From a virus (Duplodnaviria; Caudoviricetes), in the IMG/VR virus record IMGVR_UViG_3300025000_000057: a DNA stretch of 64,000 bases; one strand, 5' to 3'. Below are positions 63,898-64,000 of this stretch, piece by piece (the stretch's first letter is position 1; each line of letters starts with the position of its first letter). Under the pieces are notes generated by a model. It saw nothing but the letters and a program-made list of their open reading frames with translations, did no database searches and had not been told where the DNA came from. Made by a program: the position numbers and the translations under genes.

Positions 63898-63932
63898 GAC
63901 AACTAACAATAGTCAACAAAGGGGTGACACAA

Positions 63933-64000
63933 ATGGCAAAGTTGATATTAAGAGCTACTGAGAAAAACCGCCTCTTTGCTCAACACTTAGTTGCACATCA
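63933..64000 (+). CDS. Start of a gene running off the window
   Basis: AAAGGGGTGA RBS + ATG GCA AAG...; open to the window end. Confidence 0.65.
   Translation, partial: MAKLILRATEKNRLFAQHLVAH

Noticed and set aside
35791-63909. Minus-strand ORFs in the right arm (e.g. 56509-56985, 59512-60135, 41237-41548)
   Set aside because: They are antisense to well-supported plus-strand genes and have no RBS or motifs. Only 46765-47016 is retained.
1-64000. Stop-codon reassignment (TAG/TGA recoding seen in some large phages)
   Set aside because: Genes tile densely in the standard code, and TAG, TGA and TAA all end genes directly before the next RBS.

Overview
A 64-kb segment of a large tailed phage with contractile-tail genes (myovirus morphology). 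The host is most likely a Bacillota/Firmicutes species with an SLH-type S-layer: there are strong GGAGG RBSs, sigmaA-type promoters and an SLH-bearing endolysin. 1-35.2 kb (minus strand) is the late/virion module: three tail-tube paralogs, two sheath paralogs, neck, fibre/baseplate proteins, capsid, protease-scaffold, portal, a lysis cassette containing a subtilisin, a repeat-rich fibre, TerL, four Gly/Ala-rich proteins and a TerS candidate. 35.5-64 kb (plus strand) is an accessory/early region of mostly small unknown genes. Its most notable items are: a tandem family of seven 9-Cys small proteins, one missed by the ORF track because it starts at ATA; five intergenic hairpins with a fixed TGTT-N6-AACA apex and copy-specific complementary arms, placed before a Macro-NADAR-SLOG / DUF1848 / DUF488 gene set; a CFI-box domain fused N-terminally to a radical SAM enzyme next to a 6-TM protein; a duplicated 58-bp inverted-repeat element abutting the only antisense gene (HTH); and several structured non-coding intervals. 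No tRNA, rRNA, CRISPR array, integrase, reverse transcriptase or transposase was recognised. All domain calls come from motif recognition by eye, not database searches.
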